Assembly (NCBI GenBank): GCA_028702895.1
Contig: JAQVNZ010000001.1
Coordinates: 36,235-100,234, forward strand
From: Candidatus Iainarchaeum sp.
GTDB lineage: Archaea > Iainarchaeota > Iainarchaeia > Iainarchaeales > JAAZKV01
Length of the DNA stretch: 64,000 bases
Direction of reading: 5' to 3'
A program made the translations under genes and the position numbers. Each line of letters starts with the position of its first letter. Position 1 is the stretch's first letter. Positions 8,087 to 16,501 of the stretch are shown here, in pieces. Under the pieces are notes generated by a model. It had not been told where the DNA came from, ran no database searches, and saw only the letters and a program-made list of their open reading frames with translations.

Positions 8087-8338
8087 TTATAGTTTATTGA
8101 AAATTTCTTCTTTGTTAGAATAAATTTCAATAATTTTTTCTTTTTGTTTTAAACCTGAAATAATTTTTATCTCGCTTTTAAAGAATTTTTTTAATTCTTT
8201 TATTATTTCTTTATTCGCTTTGTTTTTTTCAGGTAAACTTTTAACATCAAGTAATAATGTATTTTTTTCCTCGTTCAATTTTATTTGAACTTTTGGCTTT
8301 TTGGTTGAAACCTTTAATTTCAAGACCGTTTTTTCCAT
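8087..8338 (-). CDS. DUF167 (YggU-like, UPF0235) family protein
   Basis: The small size and the pattern ...LKVSTKKPK....L....L.L.VKS.PEKNKANKEIIKELKKFF...IKIISGLKQKEKIIEI match my recollection of DUF167 (..A.P..gkAN..li..La..l.v....v.i.sG..sr.K...i). Confidence 0.6.
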   Translation of the reverse strand: MEKTVLKLKVSTKKPKVQIKLNEEKNTLLLDVKSLPEKNKANKEIIKELKKFFKSEIKIISGLKQKEKIIEIYSNKEEIFNKL

Positions 8339-8446
8339 TAATAACCCTAATTCTTAATAATTTTTTTATGAAGTAGTGGTTTTAAACTTACCTTTTTTCA
8401 TCTTTTTTGCTATAATCTTATTAATATCTTTTTTTATTTGATTAAT

Positions 8447-8836
8447 ATGAGTCATTATAACAAGGGTGCGAATGCGGAGAGAGAATTAATAAAAATTCTT
8501 GATGGTTTAGGATTTGCTGTTTTACGAGTTGCAGGATCTGGGGTTAATCCTTTGCCTTGTCCGGATGTGGTTGCCTTGTTTAAGGGTAAAATTATTGCTT
8601 TTGAGTGTAAGGCTAGAAAGGGGAAGTATTTGCCTATTGCAAAAGAACAATTAGATGAAGAAATAGGGTGGGCGAATAAAGCGGGGGCTGATTTTGTAGT
8701 TGCTTGGAAAGTTCCAAATAAGGGTTGGCTTTTTGTTTATCCTGCTGCTTTTAGACTGGCTGGAAAAAATTATATGCTTTCTTTAGACGAAGCGAAAAAG
8801 AATTCTTTTGAATTAGATGTTATTATTAAAAAATAA
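8447..8836 (+). CDS. hjc: Holliday junction resolvase Hjc
   Basis: KGANAERELIKILDGLGFAVLRVAGSG....PCPDVVALFKGKIIAFECKARK contains the Hjc catalytic pattern E...D...E.K. I chose the ATG at 8447; the ORF track starts 9 nt earlier at TTG 8438. Confidence 0.85.
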   Translation: MSHYNKGANAERELIKILDGLGFAVLRVAGSGVNPLPCPDVVALFKGKIIAFECKARKGKYLPIAKEQLDEEIGWANKAGADFVVAWKVPNKGWLFVYPAAFRLAGKNYMLSLDEAKKNSFELDVIIKK

Positions 8837-8902
8837 TTATTTTTTCGTTGTTTTTAATGTAAATTAGGCTAGTTTATAATTGTTTTTTTATATTACTTTA
8901 TT

Positions 8903-9022
8903 ATGGGCTATAATAACGAAGAACTTGTTAATGAATTCAAATTTCGTCTTGAAAATGAAAAATCTTTGAAAAATAAAGTTAATTTAAAAAAAATAATTGA
9001 ACTAATTAATTCGTTGGATTAA
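8903..9022 (+). CDS. Possible small ORF (39 aa), unknown function
   Basis: This is a hand-found ATG..TAA ORF (MGYNNEELVNEFKFRLENEKSLKNKVNLKKIIELINSLD) in an otherwise empty 317-nt convergent spacer. There is no SD and no recognisable family, so it could be chance. Confidence 0.2.
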   Translation: MGYNNEELVNEFKFRLENEKSLKNKVNLKKIIELINSLD

Positions 9023-9153
9023 ATAATTGTTTCTATTTTTTATATTGCTTTTTAATTATTATTTTTTTAATTAATTTTGTTAATATTATTTTTTAATTAA
9101 TTTTAAATATTTTTTGTAAATTTAGTCTAGTACTTTTTTAGATACTAATTTTT

Positions 9154-9909
9154 TTATTTGATTTCTGTTCTATGGTATTTTTCTAATAAATATCTTGCTG
9201 CTTTTTGGGAATCTGGTTTTCCACCTTTTTTTAATAAGTTTTGTTTTTTTGCAATTTCTATTAATAATTCTTCTTCATCAGTCACGTTTTTAATTTTAAA
9301 ATAATTAGTTATTTTTTCAATTCCCAGTTCTTTTATTATCCTAAAAGCAGTTGCTTCAATATCTTTTATTTGATTAATATTTTTAGAATTAACTAAAAAT
9401 AAATCTGATTCTTCTTTTTTTTGAGGTATTATTCCCGGACTATCTAATAAATAAATTCCTTCACTTATTTTTATTCGCTGTAACCCTCTTGTTAATCCTG
9501 CTTTTTTTGATGTTGCAACTTTTCCTTTGCCTGTTCCAGTAATAGAATTTATTAAAGTGCTTTTACCTGTATTAGGGTATCCGATTATTCCAACGGTTAG
9601 GGTTTGTTGTTTTTTTGCCATTCCTATTTCTTTTCTTATTAGATTAATTCCTTCCTTCTTTTTAGCGGAAACAAAAATTATTCTTAATTTCGTTTTTTTG
9701 ATTAATTCTTCTTTTTGTTTTTCTAATACTTCTTTTTCAACAAGGTCTGCTTTGTTTATTATTAAAATTAGTTTTTTGCCTAATTTTCTTATTTTTCTTT
9801 CAAGGTTATAATTCCTAGTCTCTTCGGGGTATCTTGCATCAAGTATTTCAAAAATAATATCGCTTTCGGTTATTATATTATTTACGTGTTTTAAAAATCC
9901 TTTAAACAT
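9154..9909 (-). CDS. Circularly permuted ribosome-biogenesis GTPase (YlqF/RbgA-MMR1_HSR1 type)
   Basis: G4 (INKADL) precedes G1 (GIIGYPNTGKSTLINS) and G3 (LLDSPG). That motif order is the permuted YlqF/YawG pattern. Confidence 0.75.
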   Translation of the reverse strand: MFKGFLKHVNNIITESDIIFEILDARYPEETRNYNLERKIRKLGKKLILIINKADLVEKEVLEKQKEELIKKTKLRIIFVSAKKKEGINLIRKEIGMAKKQQTLTVGIIGYPNTGKSTLINSITGTGKGKVATSKKAGLTRGLQRIKISEGIYLLDSPGIIPQKKEESDLFLVNSKNINQIKDIEATAFRIIKELGIEKITNYFKIKNVTDEEELLIEIAKKQNLLKKGGKPDSQKAARYLLEKYHRTEIK

Positions 9910-9926
9910 TTTTTTCTCCTTTTATA

Positions 9927-10268
9927 TTATAATAATTTTAATTTTCCAAAGTATTTGTTTCCTTTTGATTCTTCTATGGGCCCACTAGCAAAGCAAGTTT
10001 TGCTTCCACTTGCTATTTGGGTTTTTCCAGCATCAGTTATTAGTGTGCAGGGCAATTCTTTTTTTATTTGTTGAAATAATTCTAGTAGTTCTTCTGTGGT
10101 ATTTATTTTTAATACTATTTTTTTCATTCCTTGTTGTTTCCATTCTAGGATAATTTTTTCATCAACTTTTTCTAAAACTTGTACTGCTGCGTGTGCTCCT
10201 TGTGCAACTAATTTTCCTTTTCCCATTCCTAGGGATGCATTCATTATGATGTATTGTGTTAGTTCCAT
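9927..10268 (-). CDS. pth2: Peptidyl-tRNA hydrolase, archaeal type (Pth2)
   Basis: The protein is 113 aa. MGKGKLVAQGAHAAV...W...G.KKIVLK...EL......K....P..LITDAGKTQI..GS.T fits the Pth2 family pattern. Confidence 0.85.
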   Translation of the reverse strand: MELTQYIIMNASLGMGKGKLVAQGAHAAVQVLEKVDEKIILEWKQQGMKKIVLKINTTEELLELFQQIKKELPCTLITDAGKTQIASGSKTCFASGPIEESKGNKYFGKLKLL

Positions 10269-10328
10269 AAATAGCTTATAGTTTATTAGTGTTTAAAAAT
10301 TAGTGGTCTAATCTGCAGTTTTTTATTT

Positions 10329-10808
10329 TCATTTTTTTAATTTTGTTTCTAATTTAGGTTTATTTAATTTTATTTTTTTATCAATTTTTGGAATTGTGGA
10401 ATTATTTTTTTCATAATTTTTTATTGCTTCTCTTAATGCTTGATCTCCTAATACTGAGCAGTGGATTTTTATTTGTGGTAATCCGCCTAATCTTTTCATT
10501 ATGTCGTTTCCAGTTATTTTTAATGCGTCTGTGAGTTTTATTCCTTTTTTTTCAGTTAGCATTACTGATAGCATGCTTGTTGATGCTATTGCTGAGGCGC
10601 ATCCAAATGTTTTCCATTTACAATCTATAATTTTTTCATTTTCTACTTTTATCCACATTTCCATTATGTCTCCGCATTTCATGTTTCCTACTTTTCCATA
10701 TCCATTAAATTTTTTTATTTCTTTTTCGTTTTTTAAAATATTTTTTGGTTTTAAAAAGTGTTCTTTTACTTTTTTTGAATAAAACCAATCTTGTCCTTCC
10801 ATTTTCAT
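10329..10808 (-). CDS. nifU: Fe-S cluster scaffold protein NifU/IscU (N-terminal-domain type)
   Basis: It carries the three conserved Cys contexts GNMKCGD, FGCASAIAS and IHCSVLG. I chose the ATG at 10808 because a GAGGTGA SD lies upstream and it forms an ATGA overlap with the nifS stop. The ORF track begins at TTG 10826. Confidence 0.85.
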   Translation of the reverse strand: MKMEGQDWFYSKKVKEHFLKPKNILKNEKEIKKFNGYGKVGNMKCGDIMEMWIKVENEKIIDCKWKTFGCASAIASTSMLSVMLTEKKGIKLTDALKITGNDIMKRLGGLPQIKIHCSVLGDQALREAIKNYEKNNSTIPKIDKKIKLNKPKLETKLKK

Positions 10809-12001
10809 TTTTTCACCTCTTCCCAAACTGGGCTCATTTGTCTTAATTTTTTCACTGATTCTTTTAGCACTTTTATTGTATAATCAATTTCTTTTTTGGT
10901 AGTTGTTTTTCCTAATGTGAATCTAATGCTTGAATGTGCTATTTCGTGTTTTATTCCCATGGCCATTAGCACGTGGCTAGGATCTAAGCTTTGTGATGAA
11001 CAAGCGCTTCCTGTGCTAACGCGTATTCCTTTTTCGTTTAACATTAATAAAATTGATTCTCCTTCGATTCCGTAAAATGATGCATTAATATTATTTGGTA
11101 ATCTTTGTTTTTTATCACCATTTATTTGTGTTTGAGGAATTTCGTTTTCTATTTTTTTTATGAAATAATCTCTTAATTTAGTTAGTCTTTTACTTTCCTT
11201 ATTTTTTTCTTGTCTAGAAAGTTCTAATGCTTTTGCTAATGCAATAATTCCCGGAACATTTTCAGTTCCTGCTCTGGTTTTAAATTCATGATTTCCACCA
11301 TGGATTAATGGTTCTAATATTATGTTTTTATTTTTGTATAATAATCCTGTTCCTTTGAAAGAATATATTTTGCTACCGTTTATTGTCATTAGGTCTAATC
11401 CCAATTTTTTTATATCTAATTCCAAATATTCTGCTCCTTGACAAGCATCGCTATGTAATAAGACATTTTTTTGTTTACAAATTTTTGATATTTCTGGTAA
11501 TGGTTGTATTACGCCTGTTTCATTATTCGCATACATTATGCTAACTAATAATGTTTCGTTATTGATTGCTTGTCCTAATTCTTTTAATTTTATTATTCCA
11601 GTTTCATCAACATTAATATATTTTATTTCAAATCCAATTTCTTTTAACCAATTCATTGTGTGTATTACTGCGTCGTGTTCTGTTGTTTGGGTTATAAAAT
11701 TTCCTTTTATTTTTCTTCCTTCTTTTAATGCGTTTTTAATTTCTTTTAATGCAATTCCTTTTATTGCAAGGTTAACACTTTCTGTTCCCGATCCCGTGAA
11801 AATTATTTCTTGTTCTTCACAATTAATTATTTTTGCAATTTTTTGTCTTGCCTTTTTTATTGCTATTTTTGCTTCTAGTCCAGTTGAATGAAAGCTTGAT
11901 GGGTTACCATATTTTTTTAAAAAAAATGGGAGCGCTTCGCTTAATACTTCAGGCCTAACTGGCGTAGTTGCGCTATTATCAAAGTATATACTTTTTTTCA
12001 C
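10805..12001 (-). CDS. nifS: Cysteine desulfurase NifS/IscS (PLP-dependent, class V aminotransferase fold)
   Basis: It contains IYFDNSATTP, HSDACQG, a PLP-lysine region INGSKIYSFKGTGLLY and the active-site loop STGSACSS. I chose the GTG at 12001, which is preceded by GGGTGA. The ORF remains open up to TTG 12043, so the start is uncertain. Confidence 0.85.
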   Translation of the reverse strand: MKKSIYFDNSATTPVRPEVLSEALPFFLKKYGNPSSFHSTGLEAKIAIKKARQKIAKIINCEEQEIIFTGSGTESVNLAIKGIALKEIKNALKEGRKIKGNFITQTTEHDAVIHTMNWLKEIGFEIKYINVDETGIIKLKELGQAINNETLLVSIMYANNETGVIQPLPEISKICKQKNVLLHSDACQGAEYLELDIKKLGLDLMTINGSKIYSFKGTGLLYKNKNIILEPLIHGGNHEFKTRAGTENVPGIIALAKALELSRQEKNKESKRLTKLRDYFIKKIENEIPQTQINGDKKQRLPNNINASFYGIEGESILLMLNEKGIRVSTGSACSSQSLDPSHVLMAMGIKHEIAHSSIRFTLGKTTTKKEIDYTIKVLKESVKKLRQMSPVWEEVKK

Positions 12002-12039
12002 ATTATTCACCCATTTATTTGTTTGTTTTATTTTTTTTC

Positions 12040-12330
12040 TCAATAATTTTTTACGTGTTCTTCTATTAATTCGAACAAATTTTTATTTGATTTTTGGATT
12101 AGAATTTTGCTTTTTATGTGATATATTCGTTCTTTTCCTTCTTTTGTATAATCTACAAAATTACATTTTTTTAATTGTTTTAACGAATGACTTACCTTGC
12201 TTTGTTCTTGATTTAAATCAGAACAAATTTCGCTTACATTTTTCGGTTTTTGTTTTAAAGAAGAAATTATATTAATCCTTAATTCATTACCTAATACGTT
12301 TAAGCATTTGTGAGGGTATTCTAATTTCAT
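12040..12330 (-). CDS. ArsR/SmtB-family winged-helix transcriptional regulator
   Basis: LNVLGNELRINIISSLKQKPKNVSEICSDLNQEQSKVSHSLKQLKKCNFV...EGKERIYHI is the ArsR HTH pattern. It is the first gene of the nifS-nifU operon. Confidence 0.7.
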   Translation of the reverse strand: MKLEYPHKCLNVLGNELRINIISSLKQKPKNVSEICSDLNQEQSKVSHSLKQLKKCNFVDYTKEGKERIYHIKSKILIQKSNKNLFELIEEHVKNY

Positions 12331-12423
12331 ATGAATTTATTTTCATGTTATCTTTTTAAATATAACTAATTAGAAAAAGTAATATATTTTTTCATTTGGC
12401 GTGTTTTATTTTTAGGTTTTTTA

Positions 12424-12843
12424 TTATTGTTCTAGATTTTCTTCGTTAAGTGTTTTTGCTTCTTCTGTATTTAGTTCTTCTTTTTTCTCAGAAATAATTG
12501 TTCCTTTGTAAGTAATTTTTTTGGTTACTCCATCTTCGCCCCAAAGATAAGTCATATCTACTGTTTCATCTTTATCAATTCTAATGATGTATTTTCCAGG
12601 ATTACCTGTTTTTAGAGTGAATAATTTAGAATATTCTATTTCAACATTATTATTATTAAAACTAATTAATCGATAAACATAATCGTTATTTCCATTTCCA
12701 ATTATTTTATCAAACTTTTCGCCTTCTTTTACGTCGAATAAGTCATCTGTTATTTCTTTTTTGAAAGGTGGTCTCCATTGTGCTTTTATGCTTCTTACTT
12801 CAAATCTTGCTTTCATATTATCAGTCATGAAATAAAAAAGCAT
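12424..12843 (-). CDS. Hypothetical protein (139 aa)
   Basis: The ORF is clean, has coding-like composition and an acidic C-terminal tail. No recognisable motif was found. Confidence 0.4.
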   Translation of the reverse strand: MLFYFMTDNMKARFEVRSIKAQWRPPFKKEITDDLFDVKEGEKFDKIIGNGNNDYVYRLISFNNNNVEIEYSKLFTLKTGNPGKYIIRIDKDETVDMTYLWGEDGVTKKITYKGTIISEKKEELNTEEAKTLNEENLEQ

Positions 12844-12920
12844 GTTTTGTTTAAAAATTTGTCGCCTGGCCGGTAAAAAACTTCACAAAAGATTTTAAAT
12901 GATCTAATTTTAATTATAGT

Positions 12921-13988
12921 ATGTATTTTGATGATTTTCTTTCAAATGTTTGTGATTCTATTGTTTTGAACAAAAGTTCTAATCAAATAGTTTTTTCAAA
13001 ATTAATCCCATTAAAAAATAAGTTATCTTTAAATAAAATAGAAAATTTTGTGGTTAAGGTTAATGAAAAAAAATTTTCGTGTAAAATCGCTGGAGTTGAT
13101 TCTGGTTTTGTTTCAAAAAAATTGCATTTTGTAGATTTAGTTTTATTAAAACTAGGAGGCGTTATTTTTTCATATAATAATAGTATTTTAGAAAAAGCAG
13201 ATTATTTTCCATCTCCTGCTTTATTGCCTCAACCAATTTTGTTAAAAAATTTTTTGGAAAAAGATGAAGAAATTCAAAGTATTTCGCTTATTAGATTAAG
13301 AAAAGAAATTCAATTATCTATTGATATTATAAAAAAATTTTTTCCAAAATATTTATTTATTGATGGATCTATTGTTCCTCAATATCAAGATAAACCAAGA
13401 GCTGGGTCTATTTTAAGCGATGATTATAAATCTATAATTGATTTGTTTGAAGAATTATACTTTGTGGCCCAGGAAAATGATTGTACGCTGATTTCTACAA
13501 TAGAAGATTCTAGGGGTAAGCGATTTATTCAATTAATCGAAGAATCAAATAATTCCGATTTTTTTAAAAATAATTCTTTGAAAAATTGTTTTGATTCTTT
13601 GTTATTAGATTTTTTATTAAATAAGGGAGAGCGAACATTTTGTTTTAATTATGCTTCTGATTTTGAATCTCATCCCGTTTTAAAAGATTATAAAATTGAC
13701 TGGGCTAAAAATATTTTTGTTTTTTATTTAAAAGCCAGCGAGTTTGATTTACCATTAAGAATAGAGTTCATTTCTAAAAATAATTGTGTAGAAAAAGCGA
13801 ATGAGATTGCATCAATTGTTTATTCTCTTTCGTCCTTGTATAAAGATTATTCTTATCCTTCAATTCTAATTGAAGCTGATTTAAGGGCCCGTTTAAAAGA
13901 TGATGATATTTCAATTATTTATGATAAGTTAATTGATAAACTTGGTCCAAAAATGATGTTGCGTAGAAATAATCGGCCATTTAAATGA
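12921..13988 (+). CDS. nurA: NurA 5'-3' nuclease
   Basis: NurA-like acidic motifs occur in the expected order: IAGVDSGF, LFIDGSIVPQ, IEDSRGKRF and YPSILIEADLRARL. The gene is clustered with HerA. Confidence 0.75.
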   Translation: MYFDDFLSNVCDSIVLNKSSNQIVFSKLIPLKNKLSLNKIENFVVKVNEKKFSCKIAGVDSGFVSKKLHFVDLVLLKLGGVIFSYNNSILEKADYFPSPALLPQPILLKNFLEKDEEIQSISLIRLRKEIQLSIDIIKKFFPKYLFIDGSIVPQYQDKPRAGSILSDDYKSIIDLFEELYFVAQENDCTLISTIEDSRGKRFIQLIEESNNSDFFKNNSLKNCFDSLLLDFLLNKGERTFCFNYASDFESHPVLKDYKIDWAKNIFVFYLKASEFDLPLRIEFISKNNCVEKANEIASIVYSLSSLYKDYSYPSILIEADLRARLKDDDISIIYDKLIDKLGPKMMLRRNNRPFK

Positions 13989-14671
13989 GTGTTATTATGA
14001 TTAAATTAGTTATTTTTGATTTATGGCGAACATTAATTCCTGCCACAATTGATTTTAATCATTTATTTTCTCTTATTACAAAAAAGGGTTTTTCCAAAGA
14101 AAAATTTATTGAGGATTATGAGAATGCTGTTCAATTAAAAGAATATAATTCTTTAGAAGAATTAAAAAAAGATTTTTTCCTAACTTTTAGACATGTAGAA
14201 GGAGTAGATTTAGGAAAAGAATTTTATGAAATTTACACTAATCGTTTTGATAAAATAAATTTTTTTCCAGATGTGAAAAAGAATTTGTTAAACGTTAAAA
14301 ATGCGGGATTTAAAATGGCTTTATTAAGTAACACTGAAAGTTTGTTATCAAAAAAAATTGAAGATAAATTAAAATTAAATGATTATTTTGATTTTTTAGG
14401 GTATAGTTTTGAAATAAATTTTTTAAAACCTGATAAAAGGGCTTTTGATTTTGTATTAAATAAATTTAATGTTAAACCTAGTGAAGCTGTTATGGTTGGA
14501 GATTCTTTAAGGTCAGATATTGCGGGAGCAAAAAATGCTGGAATGTTTACTATTCAAATTGATAGAGAAAATTTTGTTTTGGATGAAGCTAATGTTAAAC
14601 CAGATTTTAAAATAAGTTCTTTTGATGAGTTAATTGAAAAGTTGGGGTATTTGAATGAAAAAAAATCTTAA
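13985..14671 (+). CDS. HAD-superfamily hydrolase (subfamily IA-like)
   Basis: It has motif I (VIFDLWRTLI), motif II (LLSNTES) and motifs III/IV (K...VGDSLRSDIAGAKNAGM). Its start forms an ATGA overlap with the nurA stop. Confidence 0.75.
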   Translation: MSVIMIKLVIFDLWRTLIPATIDFNHLFSLITKKGFSKEKFIEDYENAVQLKEYNSLEELKKDFFLTFRHVEGVDLGKEFYEIYTNRFDKINFFPDVKKNLLNVKNAGFKMALLSNTESLLSKKIEDKLKLNDYFDFLGYSFEINFLKPDKRAFDFVLNKFNVKPSEAVMVGDSLRSDIAGAKNAGMFTIQIDRENFVLDEANVKPDFKISSFDELIEKLGYLNEKKS

Positions 14672-14873
14672 TAAAATCAGTGCTAAAAATAGGTTGGTTT
14701 CAAAAGAATCAATAGAAGCTTTGAACTTAGTAAAAAAATCAAAAATAAATTTGCGTAAAAGAATTGAACTTGAAAAATTACTTGCTAAAACTGCACATAT
14801 TGGAGAATATTTAAAACGAAAAAAACTTAGTGTGGGGAATCAAAATAATAAGTCTAAGGGGGTTAGAAAATGA
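14655..14873 (+). CDS. Small basic hypothetical protein (72 aa) between HAD and HerA
   Basis: It overlaps both neighbours (17 nt with HAD, an ATGA with herA), which suggests translational coupling. It is predicted helical and K/R-rich. No family was recognised. Confidence 0.4.
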   Translation: MKKNLNKISAKNRLVSKESIEALNLVKKSKINLRKRIELEKLLAKTAHIGEYLKRKKLSVGNQNNKSKGVRK

Positions 14874-16384
14874 ATTTACAATTAGGTACAGTTGTTTCAA
14901 CTATTGATGGGCCGTCTCCAAGTAAATTTGATTTTGTTGTTAATAATGGGTCTGTTCACAAGGGGATGTTTGTGGAGTTAAATTATAGTGAAGGCACGAT
15001 GATTTGTTTAGTTGAAGAATTAATTAAAACAAATAGGTATTTTGAAAGACCTGATTCAGTTAAAACTATTGGTGCTGAATTAGAAAAAAATTTTCCTACT
15101 GCTGATTGGGAATTTTTAATAGCTAAAGCAAAACCGTTAGGAGTTTTTTATGAATCTTTAATTAAAAGAGCTACGTTGCCTCCGTCCCCAGGAACAAAAG
15201 TTTTTATTGCAAGTAATGAGAATATAAAAAAATTTTTAAAATTAGAAGATAATGGTTTAAATTTAGGATCAATTCAATTTCATGATATTCCATTAAAATT
15301 AAATTTATCAAAATTATTACAAAAACATTTATCTGTTTTGGCAATGTCTGGAGCTGGAAAATCTTTTTTAATGTCAGTTATTTTAGAAGAATTACAAAAA
15401 CGCTCTGACGATCAAGGTAAAATCGCAACAATTGTTTTTGACACTCATGGTGAATACACTTCTTTTGGAGAACCGGTTACAAATTCAAATTTTGTGGATT
15501 TTTCTGCTAATACTAGGGTTGTTGACGGATCAAAAATAAAAATATCTGTTTCAAACATTTCTCCTCAAACATTATCGTCTCTACTTTCAACAATTACTCC
15601 AGTTCAAAAAAGAGAATTATTTAAAATTATTTCAAAGTTAAGAAGTGAAATGAAATCAGGCTTGGGACCGTTTGATTTAATTACTTTAAAAAACGAGTTT
15701 AGTTCTTTGGATTCTAAAACTGCGATACCCTTAAATTTTTTGGTTGATGAATTAATTTCATTAAATGTTTTTGGAAAAATTGATGATCCTTCAATATTTG
15801 ATTTGGTTAAGCCTGGTCAGTTAGTAATTATTGATTTAAATAATATTATTTCTGAGAGAAAGAAACAATTAATAGTTTCGTATTTATCTCAAAAACTTTT
15901 TAATCTTAGACGCGTAAAAAAAGTTTGTCCTTTTGCACTTCTTGTTGAAGAAGCGCATAATTTTATTCCTGAAAACACTTCTGCAGAATTTGCTCTTGCT
16001 AAACCAATTTTAAGAACAATTGCTAGAGAAGGTAGAAAATTTGGCGCGTCTTTAATTATTGTTTCACAAAGACCTAAACGTCTTGATACTACTACTCTTG
16101 CTAATTGTAATACTAATATTATTCTTAGAATTACTAATCCGTATGATTTAGATCATATTAAACAATCAAGTGAAGGATTAGATTCTGGTACAATTTCCAT
16201 GATTTCTGCGTTAAGAGTTGGTGAAGCGATTATTGTTGGTGAAGCAATTTCAGCTCCGACTTTTTTTAAAGTAAGAATGCGTGAATCAATGCCAAGTAAG
16301 CATGAAATGTCCATGGAAGACGCAGCTAAAAGATTTGTTGCTGATGATAAAACAAGTGTTGATGAAATATCAAATTTTTTATAA
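14870..16384 (+). CDS. herA: HerA-type hexameric DNA helicase/translocase (FtsK-HerA superfamily)
   Basis: An N-terminal HAS-barrel-like segment (GTVVSTIDGPSPSKFDFVV) is followed by Walker A (LAMSGAGKSF), Walker B (ALLVEEAHNFIP) and REGRKFGASLIIVSQRP. Confidence 0.85.
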   Translation: MNLQLGTVVSTIDGPSPSKFDFVVNNGSVHKGMFVELNYSEGTMICLVEELIKTNRYFERPDSVKTIGAELEKNFPTADWEFLIAKAKPLGVFYESLIKRATLPPSPGTKVFIASNENIKKFLKLEDNGLNLGSIQFHDIPLKLNLSKLLQKHLSVLAMSGAGKSFLMSVILEELQKRSDDQGKIATIVFDTHGEYTSFGEPVTNSNFVDFSANTRVVDGSKIKISVSNISPQTLSSLLSTITPVQKRELFKIISKLRSEMKSGLGPFDLITLKNEFSSLDSKTAIPLNFLVDELISLNVFGKIDDPSIFDLVKPGQLVIIDLNNIISERKKQLIVSYLSQKLFNLRRVKKVCPFALLVEEAHNFIPENTSAEFALAKPILRTIAREGRKFGASLIIVSQRPKRLDTTTLANCNTNIILRITNPYDLDHIKQSSEGLDSGTISMISALRVGEAIIVGEAISAPTFFKVRMRESMPSKHEMSMEDAAKRFVADDKTSVDEISNFL

Positions 16385-16501
16385 TTTTATTTATGTTTTA
16401 TTATTATGTTTTTTAATTTTTTAAACACATTTTTGTTTTTAATTTTTTCTCCGGCATTAAACATTAAATTCTTTTATAAGTAACAAAAAAACACTTTTTT
16501 C

